Positions 47,016 to 60,705 of a stretch of 64,000 nucleotides of DNA are shown here, in pieces. The position numbers and the translations under genes are program-made. A model generated the notes under the pieces. The model had not been told where the DNA came from and did no database searches. It was given only the letters and a program-made list of their open reading frames with translations. Numbering within the stretch: position 1 is the stretch's first letter; every line of letters starts with the position of its first letter. Origin of the DNA: Mobula hypostoma (taxonomy: Eukaryota); NCBI RefSeq assembly GCF_963921235.1, contig NC_086108.1, forward strand, positions 99,326,001 to 99,390,000. Reading direction: 5' to 3'.

Positions 47016-48931
47016 TAAGGAAACAGGCCCTTTGGCCCATCTAGTCTAAGCCGTCCTGTTTTCCTGCAAACTTCCAACTACCTGCACCTGGACCATATCC
47101 CTCCAAGGTCCTCCCATCCATTTAAGAGAAGGATTGAGTGTTACAATTGAACCCACATCTACCCCTCTTGTTTTATAATTGAACCTCCACCTACCACTTA
47201 TGCTGGCAGTTTGCTCCACATTTGTACCACCCACTGAGTGAAATAGATTCCCCTTGAATATTTCACCTTTCACCCTAAACCTTTGACCTCTAATTCTCGT
47301 CTTGCACAACCTGAGAGGTAAAAGGTTACATGCATTCGCCCTATCCATAACCCTCATAATTTTCTATACCCCTGTAGTACCTCCCCTCCTCTTCCTATGT
47401 TCAGGAATAAAACTATTCCTGTAATTCAGCTCCTTATGTCCTGGCAACATCCATATAAATTTAAATGCCAGTTAAGTTTAGCAGGGAACAGATGGACAAA
47501 AATCACCGATCAATTTGTGCTACTGAACAGCTATTGCCATTATCTCTAAGTGGTAGAAATATGATAATGCCTTGCAAGGTTGTGAACAGTTAGTTCTTTC
47601 ACAAGCACTTGGATTTGCAGGAAAGGTGCGGAGCCAACGACGCCAACGCACCTCTGGCAGGAAGATGTTTTTATTGTAAAGCCAAGGTCTAGAAGGCTAC
47701 AAAGCAAATGCAGGTCAATGGAGCTGGTATGGATAAGTACAAAGGTGTGCTGAAGGGCCCGATTCTGTGCTGTATCTTTGTGGCAATGTCTCAGACAACC
47801 TCCCTGTTAGTAAGATGAAGGAATGGTGATGTGGTCCCAAATGAAGATGGTGTATGTATTTTCATTCATTTGTCCATGCTTACACTACCCTGTGTCCTCA
47901 TCTACTGGGGCAGTCCCGTGGACTGAAGGACTACACGCTTCCGGTCAAGTTCTGCAGACTTTAAGGTGTCCAAAGACTCGGCCATGGTTGGGACAGGAAG
48001 TGAGGAGTTAGTTGTTATGTTTTGTAACTTCAGAAACTATTTGAAAGAAAGACACAGGAGTCTGGGATAATGTATCTACCTCATTTATACTTTATTGAGG
48101 CATGCACATATGATATGGTGGGGTAATGATGTATGATATTCATGTACTTCTTACGTGTGATCTGTAATGAATTATGTAAACAAACAACAAATGCTTAATC
48201 AAGCAATATATTTACAATATTACTCAAATGTTACTGAAATACTGAATCAGAATCAGGTATAATATCATTGGCATATGTTGTGAAATTTGTTGTTTTGCGG
48301 CAGTGGTACATTGCAATACATAATAATTTTAAAAACGGTAAATTATGTTAAGTATATATAATTATAAATATATTCTCACCACTAAGACTTGTGGCTATTA
48401 GCAGAATTAGCTAACAAGAAAAGTTGGTATACAAGATCCAGTGAGAGAGTTGTATACTGTATATATTTTTTTCCAAATTTAATTTTTTTAAAAAATGTTA
48501 ACTTAAATAAGTACTGCAAAAAGGAAAAACAAAAGTAGTGAGTCTTTGAGTGTGTGCCTTCAGGCTTCTGTATACAACAGTAGGGTGTTCCATCCACCCA
48601 CCATTTTACATGAGATTTCTGTGTGCTCGTGATGCATGTCCTCAAGGTTTTCAATTCAGCATGTTGTCCCTATAAACAAAGTTTTTGATGGGATGGAATG
48701 CAAAAAATTCTTACATTTGTTCTCCAGCTCCGTAAGTAAGTTGATACCACTTCCGCTCAGCCATCTTTTCATCTGACATTTTTTACTTTGTCTCACTTCG
48801 CACAATTGATTGATCAGTTTGTACACCTCTGAAGTGGAAAAAGAAGCAAGTTAAGTAAGTAGTATACCAAAAGGGTTTTCTGAGCACAATCACATAGGAC
48901 AAGGGTGGTTGACAATAATATTTAACAATTA

Positions 48932-49313
48932 ACATAAGACCATAAGACCAGGAGCAGAATTAAACCCATTCAGCCCATTGAGTTTGCTCTGCCGTTCCAT
49001 CATGGCTGATTTATTATCCCACTCAAACCCATTCTCCTGCCTTCTCCCCATAACCATTGACACCCTCAATAATCGAGAACCTATCAACCTCTGCTTTAAA
49101 TATACCCAATGACTTGGTCTCCACAGCTGTCTGTGGCAATGAATTCCACAGATTCATTACCCTCTGGTTAAAGAAATTCCTTCTCATCTCTGTTCTAAAT
49201 GGATGTCCCGTTATTCTGAGGTTGTGCCCTCTAGCCCTAGACTTACCCACTTTGGAAACATCCTCTCTACATCCATTCTATCTAGGCTGTTCAATATTTG
49301 ATAGGTTTCAATG
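48932..49313 (-). mobile_element. CR1 3' end
   Basis: ORF 49023-49250 RARGHNLRI..RRNFFNQRVMNLWNSLP. Confidence 0.92.
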
Positions 49314-49444
49314 AGTGACATAATAATGTCTATATTAGATCTTCATCTTCAGAGTTAATGTAGACTGGAATTAATTTATTTTGCATATTAAATGATGATG
49401 ACGCCTGAATAGTTGATTCAATTTTGCTCTTGTGTCTACACTGT

Positions 49445-50130
49445 CACAGGGATGTTATTGGGCTTGAGCTATCCAGAGAGACTGCCAGGCTTTTTTCTAT
49501 CCTGGACTGAAAAAAGCTGAGGAGTGACTATATAGGAGGAAATAAAATCATGAGGGTCTTAGATAAGGTGAATGGTCGTGGTCCATTTTATCCCAGATAT
49601 GGAAGACTAAAACTAGAAGACATAGGTTTAAGGTAAGAGGAGAAAGATTTAATGAGGTCATTTTAAACACAGAGGGTGATGGGTATATGGAATGAGCTGC
49701 TAAAGGATGTGATGGAGGCACTTAAAAGACTTCTAGATGGGTACGTGGATAGGAAGGAGATGGGACTAGCTCAAATAGACAACTTTGTCAGCATGGATAA
49801 GTTGAGCCAAAGGAGTTTTTACATCGTTTTCCTAAGGAGGGTGTTTTAAAAAAAATGCTATTGGTTTATGATCATAGGTGGGAGATTTAAAAAGGATATC
49901 GGGGCATCTCCTTCACACAAAGGGTGGTGTGTATTTGGAACAAGCTGTTAGAAACAGTAGTTGAACATTCGCCACATTTAAAAACAAGCTGGATAAGTCC
50001 ATGGACAGGGACACTACGTGAGCTAGATGTGGGCAGATGGGATTAGCTCACTAGGCACACAGTTGGTATAGCATCAATGAGTTGAGCCAAAGAGCCTGTT
50101 CCCCTCCTGTATCACTCTGGGACTGTATGA
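49445..50130 (+). mobile_element. Two decayed CR1 3' ends in tandem
   Basis: ACTAGAAGACATAGGTTTAAGG and repeated GTTGAGCCAAAG tails. Confidence 0.7.
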
Positions 50131-51024
50131 TGTGTTGCATAACTCTGTGATCCTCTGACTGTCTCCGAAGTGGCCAGTGTCTGGAGATGAAGTTAGATTA
50201 TATTTATTTATTAATCACATGTACATTGAAAGGTGTTTTTTTTTTGTTATGACCAATATATAATGCGAGGTTGTGCTGAGGGTAGCCTGCAAGTATGACT
50301 GCACATTCTGGCACCAACATAACATACCACAATATTTGGCTGGACAACACACAGCCAACATACAACAAGTAAAAACAAAGCCTCCTTTTCCCCTCCCACC
50401 TCCATCCACAAATATTGATCGGTTTCCAACCGCAGGATCAACCTCAGACTTCCAGACCAGACATCACTTATCACCCTCTGAGCTTGCCGACCTGGGGGCT
50501 TCGACCTCAAGGCTGTCCAATCACAGGCCTCCAGCCTGCTGACTGACCTTGGTCCTTCAACCCCAGGACTTGCTGCCCTTGGACATTTGAGCCCAGGACT
50601 CTCCAACCTCAGGGAATACCAGCCCTCATTCTTGGGGCCCTCAGACCTTGAGGATCACTTGAGATCCTTGGGAATCACTGATCTTTGACCTTGGAGTGAT
50701 CTGACCTGAACTCTGCCCTCTGGCTCCTCTCCCTGACTCTCGATTTACTGCTCCAACCTCTCCCTCCCCTTACCTTTGTCCCTACCCCTAACCTGACCAC
50801 TAACTCTCCACACTGTCCCCAAAAAGCTCCAAGAATTAAAATGAAGCTATCGTGGCCATCTGTCAGTGATTCTGCAGATATTTTGACTGAAGTTCCACAG
50901 GAAGAAACTCCCAAGCCTGCTCAGCTAGTCACCGTGGGTCTGAAGCCAGCAAGTTCCAATTTATTACCCTTCTCGTAAACTCAAAATATAATGAAATTGA
51001 ATGAAGTGCCCTATACTATCTCCA

Positions 51025-51487
51025 ATTTGATAACATGAACATAAATTTCTTCAGCTTCCGGCAATTTCTTCCCCTTCCCCACCCTTCTCTCTTTTTCCAT
51101 TCCCCATTCTCGTTATCCTCTCACCCTTTCTCTTTTCCTCACCTGTTCATTGCCTTCCCCTGGTTGCCCTAATCCTTCCCTTTCTTCAATGGTCCACTGC
51201 CTTCTCCTATTAGTTTCCTTCTTCTTCTCCCCTTTACCTCTCCTATATCTACCCTTCCAGCTTCTTTCTTCATCCTCTCCCCGCCCCACACACCCTCCGT
51301 CCCTCTCACCTGGTCTCACCTATCACCTGCCAGCTTCCTCTTCCCCACCTTCTGATTCAGGCATCTGCTCCCCTCTATTCCAGTCCATATTAAGGATCTC
51401 ACCCTCCGTAGACGCTGTCTGACTTGAGTTCCTTCTGCATTTTGTGCGTGTTCAAGATTTCCAGCATCTGTACAATCTCTTATGTTT
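51025..51487 (+). mobile_element. Penelope 3' UTR and pLTR arm (hammerhead deleted)
   Basis: ATGAACATAAATTTC (MNI.F end of GIY-YIG ORF), pyrimidine tract homologous to 28330-28660, and TTTCCAGCATCTG end. Confidence 0.75.
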
Positions 51488-52443
51488 ATCTTGCTACCTA
51501 GGCCGGAGTGCTGGAATTGGATTATTATTGTCACATGTGCTGAGATGTAGTGAAAAGCATTCCTTGCATACTAAACATGAAAATTGTCAAAATGGCAGTC
51601 AGAAGCTGAATAAGTTGGAGACCTCTCAATTTTTTTGCAATTGGACCCTTAACTCTTAAGTGGAGCATAGGCCATCTATGGCCTCCCGTCTCCATCATTC
51701 TCCGAAGTCGATGGTATGGCTGGAGTTCACCAATCCATTGTGTCCACTGTACAGGGGGATTGGCCTATACAGTTTCACTAGAGCCTTGTTGGCCAGGCTT
51801 ATCCGTTTTCATCTCTCACAATGGGTACGTAGGGTTGGACTTTGAGAGACAAACCTCTCAAGGTCCATCTAATACTAGGTCTCAATGGGCTCAGCTTATT
51901 ACGGTTCACAGGAATTATCTCAGTAATGAAAGGGTTAACATATGAGGAGCATTTGATGTCTCTAGGCCTGTACTCAGTGGAGTTCAGAAAGATGCAGGGG
52001 GAATTCATTGAATCCTAATGGATACTCCATATTCAGATTCAGAAACAGATTAATTTATTTATCACAGGTACAGTGGAATGTGCAGTTTGAGTTAAGAAAC
52101 CGACACAACCTAGGATGTGCTGGGGGCAAGAGCTGGCACATATTCTGGCACCAACAGAGTACACCCACAGTGTTCGACAGAGCGCGGCAATGGAACAAGA
52201 ACATCAAAACAAGCCCCTTTCCGCCCACCCACACACTCACACACGCAGACAGGCTGCCTCTGACCTCTGCTTCCCATAGAGTGGATGCAGAGAGGATGTT
52301 TCCATTAGTTAGGATCTGAGGACACAGCCTTGGAATAAAGGGATGTCCCTTTAAATCTGAGATGGGGAGGAATTTCTTCAGCAAGATGGTGGTGAATCTG
52401 CAATTCTTTCCCGAGCCGTTTGTAGAGGCCAAGTCATTGGGTA

Positions 52444-52829
52444 CACTCTCAGTGGCCAGTTTATTAGGTACACTTGTCCACCTGCTTATTAATGCAAATA
52501 TCTAATCAGCCAATCATGTGGCAGCAACTCTGTGCATAAAAGCATGCAGACATGGTCAAAAGGTTCAGTTGCAGCTCAGGTCGAACACCAGAATGGGGAA
52601 AGAAATGTGATCAAAGTGACTTTGTGAATGATTGGTGGTGGCAGGCAGAGTTCACAGTTCGAAATAAATTTGTCATCAAAGTACATAATTGCCACCATAC
52701 ACACCCCTGAGATCCATTTTCCTGTGGGCAATCACAGAGAATACAAGAAACACAATAGAATGAAAGACCAAACCCAACAGGACGGACAACAACCACTATG
52801 CAAATATAAAAAGAAAGAGGGAAAAAAGA

Positions 52830-52867
<38 letters not shown>

Positions 52868-53494
52868 CAATAATAATAATAATAATAAGAAGAAATTAAC
52901 AATAAATATTGAGAACATGAATGAAGAGTCTACGAAAGTGACTCCAGATCAGTGGGAGCAGTTCAGTGATGGGGTGAGTGAAGTTGAGTGAAGTTAGCCC
53001 CTCTGGTTCAAGAGCCTGATGGTTGAGGGGTAATAAATGTTTGTGAACCTGGTGGTGCAGCTCCAGAAGCTGTTGTACCTTCTTCCTCATGGCAGCAGTG
53101 AGAAGAGAGCATGACCTTGATGGTGGGGTTCCTTGATGATGGATGCTGCTTTCCTGCCACAGCGCTCCGTGATGATGTGATCAATAGGGTGGTTTGAGTC
53201 TCTCAGAGACTACTGATCTCCACAGACAACAGTCTCTAGAGTTTACAGAGAATGGTGCTAGAAACAAAAAAGCATCTGGTAAGCGGCAATTCTGTGGGCA
53301 AAAATATCTTGGTAATGAGAGAAGTCAGAGGAGAATGACTAGGTTCATTTAAGCTGTCAGGAAAGCAACAGTAACTCAAATAACCACACATTACAACAGT
53401 GGTGCGTAGAAGGGCAACTCTGAATGCACGTGTTGAACACTGAAGTGACCACACTGGGTTCTACCCCGGTACTTAATAGAGTGACCACTGAGTG
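52444..53494 (+). mobile_element. Tc1-like deletion derivative with TA TSD (transposase N-terminal HTH remnant)
   Basis: TIRs CACTCTCAGTGGCCAGTTTATTAGGTAC / GTACTTAATAGAGTGACCACTGAGTG flanked by TA; MGK..., TVSRVYREW. Interrupted by an antisense Rex1-like piece at about 52650-53190. Confidence 0.88.
52830..52888. repeat. (AAT)n microsatellite
   Basis: AAT run with AAC interruptions. Confidence 0.95.
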
Positions 53495-53719
53495 TATTTA
53501 AGGCAGCAATTAGTAGCTTCTCTATTGGTAAGGAGGTTAAGGATTATAGAGTGAATAGTGTCGAAGCGAAAAAAAAAATCAGCTGTGACTGAATAGCAGA
53601 GACTTGATGGGCTGAATGGCCTAATTCTGCACCAATATTTTATGGTTTAATTAAAAAAGTGAACGTCGCTTACTGAAACAAACTATTTAATTTAATCTAT
53701 TCTATACTCAGCTACACAG

Positions 53720-53998
53720 TAATGGAATAATTATGTTACCACACTACTAAACTTGGAATATTAGTTCATGGAAATGTGAGTTCAAGAGCTACCATGGCAG
53801 TTTGAGAATTTGAATGCAGTATTTAAAATATCTGTAAATGAGTGTCATTAAGTGTTCATGATGCTGCCTGATTGTTGCTAAAAGCCAACCTGCTTCCTTT
53901 TAATTGGACTAGCAAGGCATTCAGTTGTATCAAGCTGCTTTTTAGAGCAACTTAAGTTGAGCATTAAACGCCTGGCTTTACCAGCAATGCCCGCGTAT
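53720..53998 (+). mobile_element. Ancient tRNA-derived SINE with L2-like tail (Deu/SacSINE-like); related antisense copy at about 34920-35125
   Basis: GTGAGTTCAAGAGCTACCATGGCAG..GAATTTGAAT; tail ATTAAACGCCTGGCTTTACCAGCAATGCCC. Confidence 0.5.
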
Positions 53999-54090
53999 TG
54001 TATGCTGCTGATAGCTCAGCCTTCCATATTCATTCTGAATTTAGTTCAAAATAAATGCAGAAAACGTATAGTAAAACCTTAAAAAAAATT

Positions 54091-54241
54091 AAACAGTCCA
54101 TGTTTTGGGCCGAGAACCTTCATCAGGATGTGAACCATCTACTGCTTGTTCATTTCCATAGATACTGCCTGACCCGCTGAGTTCCTCCAGCATTTTGTGT
54201 GTGTTACTCTGGATTTCCAGCATCGGCAGAACCTCTTGTGG
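54091..54241. mobile_element. Penelope-derived palindrome remnant
   Basis: Antisense decayed hammerhead at 54094-54129, then the arm GCTGAGTTCCTCCAGCATTTTGTGTGTGTT. Confidence 0.8.
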
Positions 54242-55164
54242 TTACCAGCAGGAAGTGTGAACGAGATGTCTTCTTTGCATAGAGAAGAACATAGAACCTT
54301 GTCTTCATTCAGTGACGTCAGTATAAATTAGAGCACTCGCAGATGGATAGATTTTGATTGTCGGAGGAATTTCAAGATCTGCCTTTAAGATTTTCTGTGG
54401 TTAACACTTTGAATTGGTGAAAAATCACAGGTAGGGAGTGACCTGACGTTTTTTGAGAGTGTTATTTCACGAGAGTCCCTGTAAAACCATCAATAATTTT
54501 GTCTCTGTGTTTATTTTAGTGAGACAGATGCCCAAAAAGTGGTCTGTCAGCACTAACAGTGCCTAAGGATAGAGTGGGACTGAGCTCCAGACTCCATGAA
54601 TCATAACAAAACCATATGGCATTCTTGGGAGAGCAAATGATCTGTTGGCGACTCTCAATCTCCACCACATGTCCAGGGATCACTGATGCAGGAACACAAA
54701 AAAGCCATGGTGGGGCTTTATAACATTAAATAGCTACTCTTGGAATATTTGGTCATGAAAATAAAAATACTAAATCCTTGCCATTGCAGGAGGTTGGCAA
54801 AATTTCTGACAAATGGAAATATTGATGAATATTAACTGCCATCTGTCACCATGGATACTGGCAGGGATAATTCTTATATTGATTGTGCACTAGGAAAGTT
54901 TTGCTTCAAATCAAACTATTGTGTGGTAGAGTGGAACTATCATATGCAGGTTTGAGCGTCCCTTCTATAAGAAGCAGTGCAGAGCCACTCTGAAGAATAG
55001 CACAGACAAGTGCAATGCTACAGATTTTCTTTTGCTTACACTTAGTCAAGAAAAACTTCACAGATTGCCAGTCAACTTAATGGCCTCTTGAAAGGCCGAG
55101 AAATGAGGCACCTCTCACCATCGAACATGATGGGCAAGCTGATGAGTGGTTTGAGCAGGCACTC

Positions 55165-55892
55165 AGTGGACTTCAGAAAGGGTAAAATGAGGGAGCACAC
55201 ACCAGTACTCACTCAGGGATCAGAAGTGGAAAGAGTGAGCAACTTCAAGTTCCTGGGTGTCAACGTCTTTGAGGATCTAACCTGGACCCAACATATCGAT
55301 GCAACTACAGAGAAATGTATAGTAGCTCTATTGGGATTTTGAGGAGGTTTGGTATGTCACCAAAGACCCTAACAAATTTCTGCAGGTGTACAATGGAGAG
55401 CATTCTAACTGGCTACCTCACTGTCTGGTATGAGGGGGCTACTGCACGGGATCAAAATAATTTGCAAAGAGTTGTAAACTCAGTCCACTCCACCATGGGC
55501 ACTATCCTCCCCAGTATCCAGGTCATAGTCAAGGAGCGATGCCTGAAAAAAGTGGCATTAAGGACCCCCATCACCCAGATCATGACCTGTTCTCATTGTT
55601 ACCATCAGGAAGGAGGTACGGGAGCCTAAAGGCACACACTCAGCGATTCAGGGACAGCTTCTTCCCCTCTGCCATCTGATTTCTGAATGGATATTGAACC
55701 CATGAACACGACCTCATTGCTTTTTTAAAAAAAAATCAGTGTTGCACTACTTATTTAATTTAACAATTTTTTATACTGTAATTCAGTATTTTTCCCTATT
55801 ATTATGTATTTCATTGTACTGCCGCTGCAAAGACAACCAATTTCACGACACATGTCAGTGATATCAAATCTGCTTCTGATTCTGATTCCGAT
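55165..55892 (+). mobile_element. Rex1/Babar LINE 3' fragment
   Basis: VERVSNFKFLGVNV.EDLTW and NFCRCTMESILTG.LTVWY; (TTCTGA)n tail. Confidence 0.88.
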
Positions 55893-56970
55893 TTAAGAAA
55901 GATGCCATGAAACTGGAAAGAACGTAGAGATTTATGAGGAGGTTGCCAGGATAAAGGAACTGAGTTATGGAGAGAGACTGAGCAAATTGGGTCTTTATTC
56001 ATTGGAACATAGGAATATGAGGAATGCTATTATAGAGGTGTCGACAATCATGATGGGCATAGATAACAGGGTGAATGCACACAATATTTTACCACAGAAT
56101 CGAGGAATCAAGAACTAGAAGACATCAATTTAAGGTGAGTAGGAGAGGTTAAATAAGGAACTGAGGGGAAATATATTCAGCCAGGGGATGGTCTGTATAT
56201 GGAATAAGCTACTAAAAAGGTGGGTGAGGCAGGTACATTAACAACATTCAAAAAGCCCTTGGTTATGCAAAGCAATTTCTTATCCAGGTACTGTCCAAGT
56301 GTCTTTAAAATGTTGTTATTAATTTCTCTGGCAATGTTTTATTTCTCATCTTACAATCAGCTTCAGAACTTTGGAAGGATAGCACTTATCATCCTCCACA
56401 TTATATAAAAATCCAGTAGTTTATCATTATTATTTTAAGAATTTTATTCCAAATTTTTTGAATTTACGCTCTGCAGCTACCAGGGTGGGACTTGAACTCA
56501 TTCTCCAAATCAGTGGTCTCAGTACTAATCCAGTACAAATAGTAATTCACTATGCTACGAGCCAGCTTGCTAACCAATTCCTTCTTAAAGGTTGGTATTG
56601 AACCTCTGCCACAAATTTTTCATGAGGTGCATTTTAGCTCATAACAACTCTCTAGATTAAATTATTCCCATCTTCTCAGTCAATTATCTTTGATGTATTA
56701 TAGTCTCAGCTGCCAGTGGAAGCAGTATCTCCTTATTTAGGCTCTCCATTTTCACTCGTGAAAGGTCTTTTATGATTTTGCATCCATCTATTAAATCTCC
56801 ACTGAATCATCTTTGTTTGAGATGAATAATTTCTGATTCCTATCATTTGTGGTGCTGTTCCAGTGAACCTTAACTTGAGGCTGAAGATCGAGGCTTGGGC
56901 CTACTCTGACTACTCCAAAAGGAGCAGAGCTAAGGACTCACTCTGGTTCAGAATGATGTCGCTTGCTCCT

Positions 56971-56972
<2 letters not shown>

Positions 56973-57012
<40 letters not shown>

Positions 57013-57018
57013 TGTTTG
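56973..57018. repeat. (GT)n microsatellite within a non-autonomous retroposon tail
   Basis: About 18 GT units. Confidence 0.95.
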
Positions 57019-57275
57019 TCTTTTTCCTCTTTCTCAATGTAGCAGTTGTGGTCTTTTTCTTCAAATTGGGTTCTTCAGGTTTCTTGCTTTGTGGCTGCCT
57101 GTAAGGAAACAAATCTCAAGGTTGTATAATTTATACATTCTTTGATAATAAATGTACTTTGAATCTTGAATCTTTGAATCTGACATGTACTGACATGCAT
57201 AATGCTCAGGTAGTAGACTGCAGATTTATAAACCAATTCAACATATTCACATCAGAATAAAACTGACTCTCTTCT

Positions 57276-57630
57276 CGGGTGGTAGGGTGGAGGTACGTCT
57301 CTAGCAAAGCAGGTATAAGGCTCTCCTTCTGTCTGCTAGATGCAGGTCACCCTTAGGCAAGGTGTAGCACCTGCTTAGGATCCCCACCTGAATCAGGGTC
57401 TTGTGAAACCATAGGAGCAGGAGCTGGATGGTCGTATGCGCAGCTGGTGCATATCACAAGCCCTGGTTTTGCAAGAGTATTGATAATGGCTGGGGTCACT
57501 CATCTTGTAAAGGCACTGCCCAGAAGAAGGCAATGGCAAACCACTTCTGTAGAAAGATTTGCTAAGGACAATCATGGCCATGCAAAGACCATGATAGCCT
57601 ACATCGTACGAAATGGCACATAACGAATGA
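57276..57630 (+). mobile_element. Second copy of the RTE/BovB-related retroposon
   Basis: Colinear with 42198-42663 (GCAGGTCACCCTT..GGTGTAGCACCTGCTTAG..GAAGAAGGCAATGGCAAACCAC). Confidence 0.8.
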
Positions 57631-58315
57631 TCTACAGGAAGGATATGTTTAAGGAGAGAATGCAGAAAAGATTTTCAAGGATGTTGCCAGGACTGAAGGG
57701 CATTTGAGCTGGGAGAATGGATAGGCTGGGACTACTTTTTATTGGAGTGAAGGAGACTGAGTAGTGACCTTATAGAGATTTATAAAATATATGAAGGGTG
57801 TGGATAAGGTGGACGGTTACAGTCTTTTTGTCAGAGTAAGCGAGCCTAAAACTAGAAGGCATAGGTTTAAAGTGAGAGGGGAAAGAATTATAGGGGATCT
57901 GAGAGGAAAGTTTTTCATACAGAGGTCAGTGGGCATATTTAAAGCAGTTTGATAGATTCTTGATTAGAAAAGGCATTAAAGGTTATGGGAAGAAAGCAGG
58001 AAAATGAGGTTGAGAGGGATAATAAATCAGCAACGGTTGAATGGTAGAGCAGACTAGATGGGCTGAAAGGCCTAATTCTGCTCCTACATTTTATGATATT
58101 ATGGTATTTGGAATGAATTTCCAGAGAAAGTGTGAGAGGTGGGTAACATTGCAGTGTTTGAAAGCCATTTCGAGAGGTTCATGGATAGGGAAGGGTTAAA
58201 AGGTTATGGGCCCAATGTTTCCACTTGGACCTACCTCAGGTAAACATCCTTGGTTGGCTTGGCCAAGTTGGTCGAAAGGGGCTATTTCCATTCTGTGTAA
58301 CTCTATGTTTCTATA
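57631..58315 (+). mobile_element. CR1 3' end with a second CR1 tail nested at about 57930-58100
   Basis: GGATGTTGCCAGGA..GACCTTATAGAG..GGCATAGGTTTAA; two distinct CR1 tails. Confidence 0.8.
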
Positions 58316-59824
58316 TTCACCCTTTACAGATAGAAAGTAGAAACACACCAGTTTCTCTCTGATTTAGTGAGGTTACTCAGCTCCTTTTAGAAAGAATTCA
58401 GTGAACAGAGCTTCTGTTTGGAAGTACCGAGGAAGACGGGAACGATGACACACTCTGCTAACCCGTACTTTGTGCGATCAATACAATAATAACTTATACT
58501 TGTACAGCATTTTTCCAATAAAAGAACGTCTCAAAGCACTTGGCAAGAGGTGATGAGGTTGAAAATTATAGCAGCAGAAGGCTAAAGTTGAGATATAAGT
58601 GGGCAATGGAAATGAGAAAATGACTATCTTGATGATAGCCATCTGGTTAATGGGCAATATATAGATGACAAACTGGGTGACTCATCACGCTCAGAACACG
58701 CCTCGTGTCACTGACATGGCATGCCAGCCCATTTGTTTCTGGCCAGTAAAAGGCAGAAATTTTCAAAATGGTTGGCTTTCGCTTAATCAATATATCCCTT
58801 CCCTCCCACATAGTCCTCCATTTTCCTATCATCCATGAGCATATTTAAGAGTTCCTTAAATACCCCTAACGTATAATGTGTCTACGGCTTTTGCAATGGT
58901 GCTGATGAATCTCGGTGACTTTTGGCTGGTAGCTAATGAAACAAGGAAAGCAAGTGAATACTTTGTTAATCGCACTTTTTCAGGCAAATGACCATCGCAA
59001 GTAATAGTCTGTCACTTCCCTTTGGACTTGGACGCAGTCTGATGTGGCAGAACTGAGGTGAGTCAAGGGGACGGGCCTGTCACCAAGAGTGAGGAAGACC
59101 TGTGAACCTGCAGATCGATTTAAGCGCCGTACCGGACTGGAAAGGTCAGGTACGTGCTAAATTGAGGCGGTGGGGTCCAGGCCCCAGAGCGTATTGAGGT
59201 GACTAACCCGATGTTTGGATGGTAATTTAGGCACTGGGTCAGGTTGAAATGGTCAGGCTGTTGGGGCCCAAGGCGAGGGATGGGCTGGTTCAGCTCATTG
59301 TTCTGCAACATTTACTCAGCTCTGTGCTGAACTATGGGTCTCAGACTCTCGTTTGTGGACTTCAGTTCAGAACGCTATTTCCTTACAGTTATCGCCTGCA
59401 TGATTTTGCAGGATAGGTTAAGTGAGCTGGAGCTCACTTTTTTTGCTCTCTGCGCATTGGGTGTGCGACGGTCTTCTTTTTATGGGTTCTTTTGGGTTTC
59501 TTTGTTTCGTGGCTGCCTGCTAGGAGACGAATCTCAAGGTTGAATAACATATACATACTTCGATAATAAGTGTACTTTATAAACATACAACAACGTGAAC
59601 AAATCTGACTGAACACAATACTAACACTAAGAAACTTGGGAAAAGGAGAAGATCTGTCATTCAGTAAGATCTGAATTCGGTCTCATTTTATTCTGCTGCC
59701 TGCCCCCAGGACAGTAGTGTCCCCACAATATCATTCAGAGACTTCCTCAATCAATAAACACTGGATAAACCAGGAGAGGGCGAGATCAATGGTATTCAGG
59801 AGTGGGTCACTCAGGAAAGTACAA

Positions 59825-60705
59825 GAGAATCAGGTTTAATATGTTGTGAAATTTGTTAACTTTGCAGCAGCAGTACAATGCAATACATAATGATAGAAAA
59901 GAGAAAAATTAATTACAGTAAGTAATTTAATATATACATATTAAATAATTAAATTAAATAAATAGAGCAAAAACTGAAAATAAAAAGGGAGTGAGGTAGT
60001 GTTCATGTGTTCAATGTCTGCTCAGAAATCAGATGGCAGAGGGGAAGAAGCCGTACCGGAATTGCTGTGTGTGTGCCTCCTCCCTGATGGTAGCAATGAG
60101 AAGAGGGCATGTCCTTAATGATGGATGCCGCCTTTTTGAGGCATTGGTCCTTGAAGGTGTCCTGGATACTACAGAGGCTCGTGCCCATGATGGAGTTGAC
60201 TAAATTTACAACTCTCTGCAGTTCACTTCGATCCCGTGCAGTAGCCCTCTGTCCCACCCTCCCATATCAGATTGTGATGCAGCAGTTAGGTATGACATCC
60301 AGAAACCATCTCACGTGCAAAGTGGCACGTCTGGACCAACCGGCATAGAGAACAAAATAAAACAAAACCAAATAAAACATACTAGAAATGTAAGCAATTG
60401 TATAAAACACAATGTATAAGTAACAGTTACATTCATAGATTGATTGTATGCACATAAAGTGACGCTAGGTGATGTGTATGTAATGGCGGTGGGGTTTGGT
60501 GGGGTAGTTTAATGGGCGGAGGTGTTGATCAGCTTGACAACTTGCAGGAAATAACTGGAGTCTAGTGATCCAGGCGTGGATGCTGTGTAGCCTCTTGCCT
60601 GATGGCAGTGGGACAAACAATCCATGAGCAGGGTGGGTGAGATCCTTTATGATATTGCTGGGCTTTTTTCAACACCTTTCTGTATCCATGTCTTTGATGG
60701 TGGAA
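59825..60705 (-). mobile_element. Two antisense Rex1/Babar-like 3' fragments
   Basis: ORF 60003-60257 LQRVV....IMGTSL.SI...CLKKAASIIKD; second piece at about 60290-60705. Confidence 0.78.

Larger units (their letters stand above)
51885..53650 (+). mobile_element. CR1 3' fragment hosting nested insertions
   Basis: CR1 pieces at 51885-52015, 52275-52443 and 53495-53650 are colinear once the inserts are removed. Confidence 0.82.
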